A DNA stretch of 64,000 nt, from positions 1 to 64,000 of the forward strand of contig NW_027437464.1 of NCBI RefSeq assembly GCF_964204645.1, read 5' to 3'. A program made the translations under genes and the position numbers. Numbering within the stretch: position 1 is the stretch's first letter; each line of letters starts with the position of its first letter. Shown in pieces: positions 27,816 through 41,512 of the stretch. Below the pieces are notes generated by a model that saw only the letters and a list, made by a program, of their open reading frames with translations, was not told the DNA's origin and did no database searches. Source of the stretch: Tubulanus polymorphus (Eukaryota > Animalia > Nemertea).

Positions 27816-29415
27816 CGATGTCAAGCGATGTCGGTTCTCTCGTTGAGGATCGAACAGCGGCGCCTCCTTAGCGAGCTTCTCGCACGATCGATCTCGGTCC
27901 TCCCGTTGAGGAACGAACAGCGGCGTCTCCCTAGCAAGCCTTTTGCACGATCATAGTCGATCCTCTCGTAGAGGATCGAACAGCGGCGACTCCTTAGCAA
28001 GCTTCTCCTACGATCAATTTGGAGACATCGGTCAACATCGGTCCTCTCGTTGAGGGTCGAACAGCAGCGCGCCATTAGCGAGCATCTCGCACGATCCATG
28101 TCGGTCCTCCCGTTGAGGATCGAACGGCGGCGTCTCCTTAACGAGATTCTCGCACGATCGATGTCGGTCCTCCCGTTGAGGATCGAACAGCGGCGACTCC
28201 TTAGCGAGCTTCTCGCACGATCAATTTGGAGCAACGTCGGTCCTCCTGTTGAGGAACGAACAGCAGCGCGCCCTAAGCGAGCTTCTCGCACGACCGATGT
28301 CGAGCGATGTCGGTCCTCTCGTTGAGGAACGAACAGCGGCGTCTCCTTAACAAGCTTCTCGTACGATCGATCTCGGTCCTCCCGTTGAGGATCGAACAGC
28401 GGCGTCTCCTTAACAAGCTTCTCGTACGATCGATCTCGGTCCTCCCGTTGAGGAACGAACAGCGGCGTCTCCCTAGCAAGCCTTTTGCACGATCAAAGTC
28501 GAGCGAAGTCAGTCCTCTCATTGAGGATCGAACAGCGGCGACTCCTTAGCGAGCTTCTCGCACGATCAATTTAGAGCAACATCGGTCCTCTCATTGAGGG
28601 TCGAACAGCAGCGCGCCATTGGCGAGCATCTCGCACGATCGCTGTCGGTCCTCCCGTTGAGGATCGAACAGCTGCGTCTCCTTAACGAGCTTCTCGCACG
28701 ATCGATGTCGGTCCTCCCGTTGAGGATCGAACAGCGGTGTCTCTTTAGCGAGCCTTTCGCACGATCGATGTCGGTCCTCCCGTTGAGGATCGAACAGCGG
28801 CGTCTCCTTAGCGAGCTTCTCGCACGATCAATTTGGAGCAACGTCGATCCTCCCGTTGAGGAACGAACAGCAGCGCGCCCTTAGCGAGCTTCGCGCACGA
28901 CCGATGTCGAGCGATGTCGGTCCTCTCGTTGAGGGTCGAACAGCAACGCCCCTTAGCGAGCTTCTCGCACGATCGATGTCGATCCTCTCGTTGAGGGTCG
29001 AACAGCAGCGCCCCCTTAGCGAGCTTCTCGCACGATTGATGTCGAGCGATGTCGGTCCTCTCGTTGAGGAACGAACAGTAGCGCGCCCTTAGCGAGCTTC
29101 TCGCACGACCGATGTCGGTCCTCTCGTTGAGGGTCGAACAGCAGCGCGCCCTTAGCGAGCTTCTCGCACGACCGATGCGAGTGATGTCGATCCTCTCGTT
29201 GAGGGTCGAACAGCAGCGCCCCTTAGCGAGCCTCTCGCACGATCGATGTCGATCCTCTCGTTGAGGGTCGAACAGCAGCGCCCCTTAGCGAGCTTCTCGC
29301 ACGATCGATGTCGATCCTCTCGTTGAGGGACAAACAGCAGCGCCCCCTTAGCGAGCTTCTCGCACGATCGATGTCGAGGGATGTCGGTCCTCTCGTTGAG
29401 GAACGAACAGTAGCG
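27816..29415. repeat. CpG-rich 63-bp minisatellite, about 24 units
   Basis: Consensus cgatgtcggtcctcccgttgaggatcgaacagcggcgtctccttagcgagcttctcgcacgat, with length variants. Confidence 0.95.
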
Positions 29416-30789
29416 ACTATTTCAGCGGACGTGTACGGTGGACACGCCAGCACACTCCGCCTTGGAAGACTCCAACTCCTGCTCCTGAGAACTAGAGATT
29501 AAAATAAAAAGCATAGACTGATAGAATATGCCAGTAGTTTTATTACGACTGTCTCCCCGAACAACCAGTTTTCGACTGGCTAAACAACTCTGGAAGACGA
29601 CTCCCCTCTGCCTGCGGACTACCATCCGGACCCAAGATGGCAGCACCATCCAATACCCGACTGTACAAGTTAAACTACCTACCACATAAACACTCAGCCG
29701 TATACGACACGTTACTAGATCTTGGTCTTATATTTCCCAATAAAATCAACTTAAGGTCTTAAGTTCCAAGTTAGTCTGAATACCAGTCGTTGTTACCGAA
29801 TACCGGTTCCCTACAACCAACGACTAGGTACTAGACCAGTTCCAAGTGGGCTAAAAAGATATGGAATAACTAAACTGATTTACCATCGGTTGCGGCAAGC
29901 TGACTCATAGGCCTATCTGTCATAAGACTCTCCATGTGGTTCAACTGCGGATTGATTGGAATCTTCCACACGACTTGTAGGCTTATCGAATTACTTTATA
30001 GGCCTAAAGCAATTGAGTAGTAGCTAAAATATATACATGATCAGGGATGAAAACGGCCCATACTGAAAAAGTTGGAAAATAGGCCTAATGGAAAAAAAAT
30101 TTTTTGGGAAACAAAAATCAGTAACTTTTAGCCAAAAATCTTACTTTCTTTTGGTCAAAATGTCAATAGTTTGGGCTTGAATTACAGCCGCTCTTTGAAT
30201 GAGATGCCATATTGGTTTCTCCGACTCCACAGTTGTGCTAACTACTGCCAAAAGCCGGCTTAGGGAGCACTCCTAACTACGGAGCACTCCGATGTGAATC
30301 CTTAGTTATGCCATCCAATATAAGCCTAAAAGTTCCACCATAGACCTAGGCCTATCTCTTCACAATCACACCCCCAAGATAAATTGGCTGTGACTGTGTT
30401 GGACTACCGGTGCCGACCTGATTACACCTGCGGTAGGCCTAAAAGCCTGAATTAAAATATCATGCCAAACGAACGAAATCAAGAGTAAAAGTCGCCCCAA
30501 ATATGTCCGGTTTGTTTAGGCCTACTACGGTCCATGGGTGTATTGTTTGGCAACTGTTCAGTGACATAGAATTGGCCTACTGAATTGAATTATTCAAAGA
30601 ACATTCAATGAATCTATTGTTAACGTTAGGCTAGTTAACGATAGCCTAACCTGTCAGTGGTTTAGTTTCACGATCGGATATTTTCACAAACCACACGTTG
30701 ATATAAGCCCATCCGATTATAAAAAGCTTACCACCGACGATTAGGTAACTAACTCAGTTGATACGAGCAAAAAGATTTCATTTATCAAT

Positions 30790-30985
30790 AGTACTTACCC
30801 AACAAGCCGTGCATAAACGCTAAACATAATTCCGAATCGAAACGACGATAATGGCCGCCACGTTGATGTGATCCTTGAATCTGATTGGTCGAGTCATACG
30901 AATCAATCTGATTGGTCGATAGATATATATCAAATCTGATTGGTCGAATCATACATAACGTTTCCGGAGTTCACCACCAGAGGGG
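30790..30985 (-). promoter_or_regulatory. Putative inward-facing Pol II promoter and first exon of the giant element
   Basis: aatctgattggtcga (CCAAT on the minus strand) at 30878, 30905 and 30933. YY1-like atggccgcc at 30851. Minus-strand donor GG|GTAAGT at 30798. Confidence 0.55.
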
Positions 30986-31191
30986 TGTTGTGTCGCTACT
31001 CAACGACCCAATATGCGTTTCTGCCACATACGATATAATAATGTATGGGTGCTAACCACATCAGCTAAATAATTGGGGCCAAAATTATTGGGTCCTAGTC
31101 CCAATAGATAGAAAATGACCCAATACGACAGAGAGGCCCCAATACTCCGAGTCTCAGAATCACGCATGTCCCGATAAGTTGGCGTTTATAA

Positions 31192-31194
<3 letters not shown>

Positions 31195-31252
<58 letters not shown>
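31195..31252. repeat. (TA)29 microsatellite joining the right end of copy 1 to the left end of copy 2
   Basis: Pure TA run between the two inverted arms. Confidence 0.98.
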
Positions 31253-31253
<1 letters not shown>

Positions 31254-32763
31254 TTAAAAACGCCCACTTAACGGGACTTACATATGAGACCTGCAAATCG
31301 GGCCCTAGTAGAAGGGCATGTTTTTGAGCTACCAATGAAAGTCAAATCGGTATAAAACCACCTGAAGAGACGATGTATCACTTCAGTTAGTCGATGTATT
31401 GCTTTCCCTTTATGAAAATGACTTTTCCTTTCAGACCGATTTTTTGGGCCTGTCCCCGTAATCCCTTTGGGTCTTTAACCCTTTCACACCTAAAATTTTT
31501 TATTAAAAAAAAAATATTAAATTTCCGTTAAATCATCATCAAGCTAACCATAACACCCCCGGCAGCTATCGAAATGAACAGATTACATATTCTATTGCAG
31601 TTTACAAAATTACTCGGCCAATTTAAAAGGAAAGATGGTATCATTATCTTAGCCTTAGAGATCCTTAGACCAACGAAATGATTAATGATGAACTAGTTAA
31701 TTTTGGGCTTGGGTAATCTAAATAAAATGCCGCTGACACATAATGCAAGATTGCTGAGAATTCACAAATTGTTAGTAGAGGCTAAATTTGTCACGTAAGA
31801 AAATCATATCGTGACGTTGGCATACAATGGTGCGCGCCGATTGGCCGTTCCGTCACGCAAATGCTTTAAAGGTGCGGCCGGAACTGCATCCGAAAATCTG
31901 CATCCCAATTGTATCTCATTTTGGAGTTGTGTCATGCAGATATATGTAGCCTATATACTTTAGTGTTACCCCTTTATCCTGATGCTGTTTCATTGTTTGA
32001 GGCCATATTTTATACGGAAATATTATTTTGCAATTAAATGGAGTGATAATTATTTAGATCGTAACTTTTCTGCTTTCTTTTTCTTCTATTTCGTTTTTCA
32101 TTGGTCATCGTTCGTATCAAAGCTTGCTCAATTCGAATCGGTCTATCCCAGCTTGAAGCCAAAATAGATGCTGGTTCAGTCGGATTAATTTGTTTTTTCA
32201 CCCATTTTAAGAAAATTTGACTATATCGAACGTGCAGGTACCTGGATCCAGGAAATCTCTATTTTTGTGACGGTACCGAATTGGCTGCAACGTGATTCCA
32301 TTGCAGTTTTGATTCATTCATCGCTGATTTTGTAATACAGTCTGGAACAATTCTAGAGGCCAAATGCTCACGGTACTAACAGTGCTCACAGTTGATACTT
32401 TTTACTGATTCAAGGGGACCACAGACTTGTCAGTTTAAAACCAGTAACCATGGGTAGTGTATAAACATATGATTAAACATTATTTTTTCCAACAAATTTA
32501 CAAAATTTTACTGTGTGCAATGGAGAAATGCAACAATTATTGTGAGTACATTATTGCCTTTCATTTTTCGTTAAATTTTAACATCTGGATAAGTGCAAAA
32601 AGTGCAAATATTGAAGTAATGCTCTCTAATAATATGATTTGTTGATAGGATCATGTATCCGTAGTCGCGATAGCTTTAAATTAGATGAAAGTGGCAGAAA
32701 TCCCTTAAAATAAGTGCAATATCATCAATATCAATATAATATCGATATCATCGAGCCAGATTC

Positions 32764-35700
32764 ATCTTACGAAAATGGTACACTTGTAATTGTAAATGAA
32801 AATACACGTGTAAAATTGGCCCAATTTTACACGTGTACTTTATCCCAATTACACGTGTACTTCATCCAAATTACACGTGTACTTCATCCTAACTACACGT
32901 GTACTTCATCCTAATTACACGTGTACTTCATCCAAATTAAACGTGTACTTCATCCTAACTACACGTGTAGTTCATCCTTATTACACGTGTATTTCATCCA
33001 ATATTACACGTGTCTTACACGTGTACTTCATGCTAAACACATGTGTCTTTGATTGCCATTTTTTGTTGAATTCAAATCAAACCACCATGTGAGGAAATCT
33101 CCTTAATCTATGTGCTGTTTAGAATGAACACTCAAGAGATTCACATTTTCCATACTAACTGATTTATTCATCTTCATAAATTTTATAAATTTTTGAGTAA
33201 TTGCATGTCTTATGTTGGCCTCTTTTGCACCCTTCTCCTTTCGACATTGTTCTGAAATGATAACCATTTGAAAAAAATTAAGCAAAAGTATACAATGATT
33301 TCTTTACGAGGATAAATAAATCAACTTCAGCTGCTTGGGATGATGATTAAATTATATAGCTTTTTCTAACAGTCTTCTGCATATAACAGCTTTTCACTCT
33401 TAATGACTTGATTTTAAGCCATATGGTGAAATGCTTGACAATCTGGAAATTTCAATGTTCAACGCCACCTGATGAAAAACAAGGGGTCTAGGGACACCAT
33501 GCCCGTACGGTTACGAATGCTAAACAATCAACATAATGAAATAGAAACAGGACATTGAAACTCACCACAATCATAGAACATGTCACAAGCTACAATTTTA
33601 CAATTGATCGATGTTATAATGTATTCATAGGTACCAAAATAAATTAGACAAATTGTATATAATTCAATACTCAACTCCCCCTGGTGGTGAGAACAAAAAC
33701 CTGGGTAACCCCAATTCCACATGAGGTGAATACTACAACAGTGGTAACAATTATCAAATATCAAGACTATAAGTCAAAACCTGTCGATATTTTCCTTCAA
33801 AAACCTTCTTTTATCTACGAATGAGAACTGATGACACCAAGATGGCTGCCAAATGTGTCATGCTTGACTGATCGAAAAATCTGTCTCGTATGTTTTAGAT
33901 TGTTAAGAAATGTATACCCATCTCAAATTTCAAAGAAAAATTGCAAACCATTAGGCAGCTACAAGGCAAAAATGACCTTTTTGGGTACAAAAAAGGTCAC
34001 ATGATGGCCATCTTGTGTCAAGATGGCCATCTTCATCTTCAAAATCTCCTTTGAAAACTTCAAAAAATTGCATAAGTGATGATTTTGGGGAACGAAAATG
34101 GCCAATGCAGTTGGCCATCTTGATTCGGACCAGTTTTGGGCTGAAGACATGTCTAGGATAGATATGTGTGTAACTTAAATATCAAGAGTATTAAAACTTC
34201 CCAAAATACTGGATTCCATCTACAGACGAACAAAGGGTGAATGCAATAGCCCGCTTGCTTGGACTTACGTCTCAAATGGGCTAAAGCTGGGGACACATAA
34301 GGCAATTTCGTCGAGCACTTAAGTTGTGCAACGAAATCGTCGGTAAAATCACCTAGTTTGTCAGGGTCTGCGCCGACTGAATCGCCCGAATCCAACACGT
34401 CCTGCGACTGAATCACCCAACGCATCAGGCCACGGTGATTGTTCGCCTTGAGCGCCATATTAAACGTTAAACCCTCCCCTTTTCTGACCAAGTGCCCCGT
34501 TTGAATCACAGGTGAAAAATTCCACCCTATGATCAAAGTGCACAAACCCCATAGCCTACAACCGTTTCACACAGGGAGACCTGTATTGACTAGTGCCCTT
34601 TTCATAAGAGCTGAACCCTCGTTCTTCCAGCTTGGATCCGCCCCTGTAAAACAACAACAAATGAATGCTAGCCATTATATATTGAATTCATGTACTTACG
34701 TATTATTTAGCTGACCCGGTTTGGGTCCAACTTTTTTCCTCATGGAAGACTTTCATTGCGTCACATCCAGTCCAATGCCTTGACAATTAGTTCTTCTTTT
34801 AAATGAGTGGACAACAGCATGCATGCACCCAACAGTATTAGGTTTTCCGACTAATCAGCGTATGGCAGCAGCTGTTGTATCATCCAATAGTGAGTAGGCA
34901 TCCTAAAATGAGAAGAATTTACAATGCTTACGCTATAATCTTTACTAAAACTATTCCGACGCTCATATAATATATAATGTAAATACCTGATTTTCATCAC
35001 GCTGTCGTTGTTGAGAAATCAGTGGAGAATTGAAGGCTCTCTCGCGCTAACATCGTTTTCCAACAATCCCCCAGTGGACACATTTTTAAGCCAAAAAAAC
35101 GGGAATTCCAATTTTATAGTGTCTGTCCTTGGATCAATTCTTATTGGTGTAGACCCTATAAAGTTTGAAAAAAAATGGTCAAGAATTGATTGCACTAACG
35201 TCGTTTTTGCCCCCAGTCGAAACTCCGACAGCGACCTAATTTCATGTCCAGCATACAAGTTTAATGGCGATGATGGGCGCACAACAAAATCTAAATGACC
35301 CTGCAGTTTTTAGATTGGATGCATAAACACCAAAGACACTCCGTTTTTATCCCTCACAATTGGAATGATCATTTACAATTTTTTCACTGGACATTCAATC
35401 ATTTAAGGCCTACTAATACTATGCTAACTAATTCAAATTCAATTAAATACTAGGTCATGTTGCTTTTCATTCCAATAAACATATTCTTTTAGTGACCTAT
35501 AAACCTTTACTTTACTACATAACAATAATCATACCTGAACAATCCACAACGCGTCCTTTATACGCGGGATAATAATAAATGGCCTTCGACTTTTTTGTTC
35601 TTCCACTTCCATTCTTCCAATCCATTCTAATGAATCTAATTCAATGATCCATTCAATGATCCATTCAATGATCCACTATGTGTTTGACCTCAAACAAAGA

Positions 35701-38055
35701 AACAGTGTCACTTTCGGCCCAGTTGTCAATGATCCCCTTTTATGGACTGATTGTCATCCATTATTGCGTTTTGCAATCATTATGAGAATAGAATAGATCG
35801 TGAAAACCTGTGAAAACGTGTTGCTTAACAATGGCAATATGGCTGCCACCGCGCAGGGGTGCTTGGGAGTTTAATTGAAATAAATTATTTAATTATTAAT
35901 AAGTTTTATGTCTGCATTTTAGTTCAATTAGAATTAAAACATAATCGTGTTAAGTGATATTTAATTAGCAAAAATTACTTATACTAAGGGTTATTATGAA
36001 GCTAAGGCAAAATCAATTAAGTAAATTGAAAATAACGATTCAGTGAAGAAATGACGATCATTTTAATATACGCTGTATTATAAAAATAGACAAAAAGGTG
36101 CATGAATAAGGCCTCTAACTATTTAATTCAACATTTAGATGAGATTATTTTGTCTAGGTTGTTTTTCTGTTCATGAAAACCATTTATCTAGAGCTCGTCA
36201 GTTCGTCAGTGAGGTTTTCATTTTGGTAGTGTTCCAAAATGGAAGACAAGTAACACAAAGATGCGCTTTTTAGTGGAAAATTACCCGTAAATATCGATAT
36301 ACACCAACCGAATTCGTCTTTTGCAAGCATGGAGTTTGAAAAAGAAAATTGCAAGTAAAAAGGCCAGTGAAAATACGCGAGTAGGCCTACATGTTAAACA
36401 TTTGAAGGTAAGATCATTTTAAATGTAAGCAAATCAAATTGACTTTATTGGTCCTTATCAATATCAATAAACATGTATATTATTGGTTTGACAGTTCAAT
36501 AAAGTTGACAGGACAAACAAGAGACATGGAGAATTATGCAATTGAATAGGTCAATTGTTTAGTTTAATGTTAATGTTGTTAGTTAATCTTTTAATCCAGG
36601 TCCGATCTGGTATGTTATGCATGAGGTTTACTGTTCATCGCAACAATAGGCTACAAAATCGCTAGCTGGAAATAAACCTACGTCGTATAGGCCTACTGTA
36701 GCCTTAAGTTCTATATGGGTTTTATTTGGGAATAATTTAATCTCAAATTACTTTTTGTTTTGTAGATGGTAATATGTTGCTAAATGATGGACATTTCGAT
36801 TTTTCAAGAAGTGGATTTTGAGAATCTGGAAGATTTAAGAATTGAAAATGGCCACAATCCACCAATAATGCAGACAATGGTTATGACAACGTAAGTTAGT
36901 AATACAGTGCCTTATGACTAAAAATGCAATCTTAATTGCCAATCTACTCATCCGATATGAACTTGACCAATCACAAAAATGTTTAATCTGTTTTGCACCC
37001 ACAGCTCATTGATGGAAATAGATGATCCTCTCCACACAAATGCTGAGGTGAACCATCGTGGGGCTGTTACTACTATTATGGCGTTCTCCCTCAAAGCTGG
37101 AACCACATCAACTGTTTTGACTGGATTGTTGGATCAGTTGAATTTACTGTTACTGAGAAGCGGTTCTACGCAGTTCTAATTACCCTATTTTCAAAAGATT
37201 TTCTCTATGTCCGGAGGTGAACAAATATTACTGCCCCGTATATAAGACATTATTCAAAAAACTGCAGGTATGATACAAATGTTCATTATGTGTTATACAG
37301 TATGATAAGGCAACATTAGAGGAAAAAGGACATTTTTTTGTGTACATGCCCGTTAATGAACAACTGAAAAGACTCCTCGGCTAAGAAGAGCTAGCTAGCA
37401 AAATTAATGAATGGGCCTACAAGGAAAGCAGAACACTTCGAGCTGGTGACAGCAATATATTCAACATTTTTCATAAATAACATTGTAATTCGGGGCTTGG
37501 GCAGTCCCCTAAGCCTCTAGTTATCTTGATAATAAATGAAAAATATCCAAAATTTTTTGTTCAGATCATGATTTTTGTGAAACAGTTTTTGGATTTATTC
37601 AAGGGGCAACAAAGACATGTGCTTCATTCATACAGGATCCAATCTAGTCAATACAGGACAAACAACATGACTTTTTTGACACGGCATCCTGGAAAAAACT
37701 ACTAAATGAGGATCAAATAATTAAAAAGACAGGAGATTCCTTCAATTTCTCAAACATTACATGCACAATCTTACTTTTAATAAAATCATGTGAAGCTAAA
37801 TGATGTAATTACAAATTTTATTGCAGATTACAAAAGTGACCAATTATGAGAAACAAGGTACATGTATAATTTTTTAGCCTAGTACATGCATCCAGATTGC
37901 ACGTGTATTTCAGAAGCCACATATGAATTTACACGTGTTTTTAAAATACACGTCATAAGTTACACGTGTATTTCAAAATACACGTCAAAAGTACACGTGT
38001 AATTTCATATTACACGTGTATTTAGCTAAATACACGTGTACCATTTTCATAAGGG
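32764..38055 (+). mobile_element. EnSpm/CACTA element, duplicate in copy 2
   Basis: Same TIRs, subterminal arrays and relics as 5490-10802. Confidence 0.85.
36998..37383 (+). pseudogene. EnSpm transposase N-terminal relic (copy 2)
   Basis: Duplicate of 9745-10130. Confidence 0.75.
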
Positions 38056-40193
38056 ATCCTACCAGGCCTTCGTTATGCGACCGGTTGACGATTTTGTTAT
38101 ACAAATATGCTGTTTCATGTATTGTTCATTTTGATGAAAAAGGTATGGCTGATTTATTAATGGATAGACAAATAAATGAATTTAGACTCGGATATTGCGA
38201 AATAAGTCGACGCTTTCGTAACAAATATATACTCCACACTAATCTGATACAGTATTAGTGGGTCATGTTTTTATACGAAACTGATCCATAGGACCATTAC
38301 ACACACACACATACACACACAGTCCCTCGAATATTGGGTTTTCAATGTGTTATAGCCCATTGCATGCCATTCCACATGATAGATAGAACGACCATTTGAG
38401 ACCTGGGACTCAAGCACCAGCAGAGAATTCGGGGCACGACAGTCCTTATTGGGTCTTGTATAAAACTTAAATAGCATACCGGTATATCGGGTACCCGGTA
38501 TATGATTTCGAGACCAACAGAACGGTTCGTTTCCTTTGTAATAGTCATCTCCATACACCCCCGATACACAACCAGCCTCGCACCCTCCGATACACCACCG
38601 GCCTCGCAAACAGCCGACGCTTTTCAAAAATACCGAACGCGAACGCCTAGCTACTCGATCAGGGACGTGCCACCTACGACCGTAAAGCGACATGCCGCAC
38701 CAATAATTGAATAACCCAAGACGCCATAATAAATGTTATTCTGCATTTAAGGGGGGGGGGAGTATCAAATTAGTCCGAATTGCAAACAGCAGCATTTTGT
38801 TCTGAGGCACAAATACGGTGATATTTAAAGCAGTTGGGATTTTCTGTGTACGGGCCACATGTAACAAAAGAACAAGTTTGAGTTTGGTCATATATGAGCT
38901 GTCCAATTTAAGTTGTTGTAAGCATAGCCCTTTGACAGTGAAATGCCACAATAATAACCACTGAGATAGTCTTAGCTAAAGGATTGCTTAATAGATGTCG
39001 AATAAACACTATAATCCGTGTATACTGTAGATAAATGAAGAAATCCTACACTTCAAATTTAAAATTATACGATCAAATTTATTACTATGAAACCACAGCC
39101 ATCATCAGGTGGAATGACCAGAAAAACAAGTGTTTACGGTAGGCGGCCGCACTGAACCAGGCAGGTTTTTTTCATGAAAGTTGCCCAGTAAACGGATTTA
39201 AACAAATCTAAATCTTCGATCCAATTGAACCATTTGTTTTCGATTTTGATGAAGTTTTGACTCAATAGTATCAATCGTATACCCGGTACCTAAGATGCCA
39301 TTTTCATTACCAGGCGGATCTAGGAAATTTGGAAGAAAAGAAAATGTATTTTTAAAAAAATTAGCTCTTATGGCCTCTAGAAAATTGGTCAAAGTGGTCA
39401 AAATTTAGCTCTTATGGCCTCTAGAAAATTGGTCAAAGTGGTCAAAATTAGCTCTTATGGCCTCTAGAATTCATCTAAGATGTGAATATTTAATCACGAA
39501 TCCCCGATGTCGGCTGTGTATCCTGATATTACTGTACGGTACATAATTTTATATATATTCATATGGTAGACTTTACTTACCTATTGGGACCTATATGGTT
39601 TCATACTAAAAATTATATATTCCATAGATTTAACAGACTTATTGGGTGCCTCAAACTGCGGAAACATTATGTACAGGTCTATTGGGTCATCACCTTATGA
39701 GTCCCAAGTTTGAACTGCTTATTCAAATTAGTAAATTAAACATTATTTCGAGTCAAAGTTTAATTGTATTGACGACCCAGAAGTGGTTCTAATCTCTTAA
39801 GAATTACAGAGATGGAGCTGTCGTCATAATGACGATCACCTAATCGGATTTTACAATCTTAAAATTTCGTCTTGTACGTTTTCTGTAGCGCAGGTGATCA
39901 AGTCTTAGGATCAACTTCATTGTAACAAATGATTTCAAATATCAGAAGCCCAATGCGTTTAATGATTCAATTAAATGGTATCGTGCTGTTGGATGAAAGT
40001 GGGGGTAAATCATTGTATTGTGATCTTATTCGTTTTGAATTGGTCATTGGTGGTCAATGGTCAATTTATGAATCTTCAATGGCGAATCTTTTCTAGTTTC
40101 ACACCAAACGCGGTATATCGTTCTCATGTTCGTGAAATTGTAATTCGTCAGTAGTGGTCAGTGTTGGTCAGCTTATGAATTTGCAATGATGAA

Positions 40194-40971
40194 TACTTGG
40201 TAGTTTGTAAACAAACATGGCTTGAGAAATTTCCGATATTCGAAGTCTGAATCGTTCAGACTCGGGGATCATATCTCAATTGGTCAGTTTCTGACCATCT
40301 CGGTGTCAGCATTGTGGTCGATAGCTTATATGAAACATTTGTAGATAACCAACGAAGGGGCCCAAAAGCACAAGCCAATTTCCAGTGATGTGATCCAAAA
40401 GATGCCCTACTGAAAAAAGTAGTCTCTCAATTGTACGAAACCAAATCGCACAGGAAAATTAATTTAGAAATTGTCGACTAGTAGCCACAGGCACTGGTTT
40501 TTTCTACGTAGTCTCTCATTTCATATCATAAGATTTCCCCCGTTTCAAACTGTTGAGTTTATGAGATAATATTAAACAGACATATTGGGGCCCTCAGTAA
40601 TAACTAATATATTTCTTTTGATATTTGTACCTATCTGTTGGGTCCATCAAACAGTTGGTTTTCTGTAGTAACTAATATATATCACATGATACATGATTGT
40701 ACTATCTATTGGGTCAAATATGGTCTTATATCAAACTTATACATTCCGATACCCATATGGGAGACTTTAATAGACCATTCTAAGTGGTTTCCTGTGAAAT
40801 AATTTTATTTTCTGTTTTCACGGTACTGCATTGGCATAATCCAAGAGAATGGAAGGGATGTATGGATTCATGTAATATGGCATATTCAAGTGCCGCTGCA
40901 TATCCACATGGAAACGTTTGGCAATGTGAGGAAGTTCCTGCACTGTTCCTTCCTTTGAATTCACCAAATTA
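40194..40971 (+). pseudogene. Ulp1-like protease plus PHD-like relic (copy 2)
   Basis: Duplicate of 12943-13720. Confidence 0.45.
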
Positions 40972-41279
40972 CTAAATCAACTCAGCATAGTCATCAATAT
41001 ACATGTAGTTTATCCTTCAAAATCGAAGAGTGCTTGCGCATACACGTAGGCCTTAATCCTAATTCCACTATGTCTTGTATTATCGAAACCTATATCAACC
41101 CCATCTGACAAAGTTTAAATCAAACTTTGTCAGAAGGGGTTGAGAATTGAATAGGTTTCAATTGTTATCATTGGCTAATCGGGATCAGTTCAATTTTGAT
41201 CTCATGTTTGTCTATACATCAATAATTAGGAATTATCCAAGTTTAGCGCAGTCTAATGTGTATACGGTTCCTAGAAAAA

Positions 41280-41512
41280 TCAAATCGATATTTGGGTAAA
41301 GCCTGTGAATTTAACACAAACACTTGGATTATACATCATTATAAGTTTATTTGGAATCTTTCTCTTTTTTATAATTTTCTTTGTCAGCAGTGGCTTTTGT
41401 TAGTGGCTTCGTCCAAAAGTTCACGATTAGGCATTCTGTTGGAACGAATGCAAGATCGTATGAAATATTTTATCTTCATCCGATGACCAGCGCCTTCGTG
41501 TTTTCATTCTGC
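41280..41512 (-). pseudogene. SANT/Myb-like terminal exon relic (copy 2)
   Basis: Duplicate of 14026-14250 with a net 8-bp insertion. Confidence 0.5.

Larger units (their letters stand above)
27254..29838 (+). mobile_element. Unclassified 2.6-kb GC-rich insert with tRNA-like head and minisatellite body
   Basis: Abrupt compositional switch inside a HINE module. AATAAA near the 3' end (about 29738). No TSD or TIR found. Confidence 0.55.
3985..31194. mobile_element. Giant TA-bounded composite element, copy 1 (27.2 kb; non-autonomous; possibly Crypton-like)
   Basis: Bounded by TA tracts on both sides and near-identical to 31253-60903. Inverted arms aaacgcccacttaacgggac (3990-4009) and gtcccgataagttggcgttt (31168-31187) match 18/20. 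The repeat unit is certain; the family assignment is inference. Confidence 0.75.

Noticed and set aside
27816-29415. CRISPR-like array of palindromic repeats
   Set aside because: Units are contiguous with no unique spacers, there are no cas genes, and the context is eukaryotic.
27821-29502. Arg-rich (protamine-like) and LLARS-repeat ORFs on both strands, and their copy-2 duplicates
   Set aside because: These are translations of a 63-bp (21-codon) minisatellite; variant units shift frame repeatedly.
3985-31194. Polinton/Maverick, endogenous virus or LTR retrotransposon identity for the giant unit
   Set aside because: No polB, capsid, integrase or RT motifs, no long TIRs or LTRs, and no 4-6 bp TSD seen.
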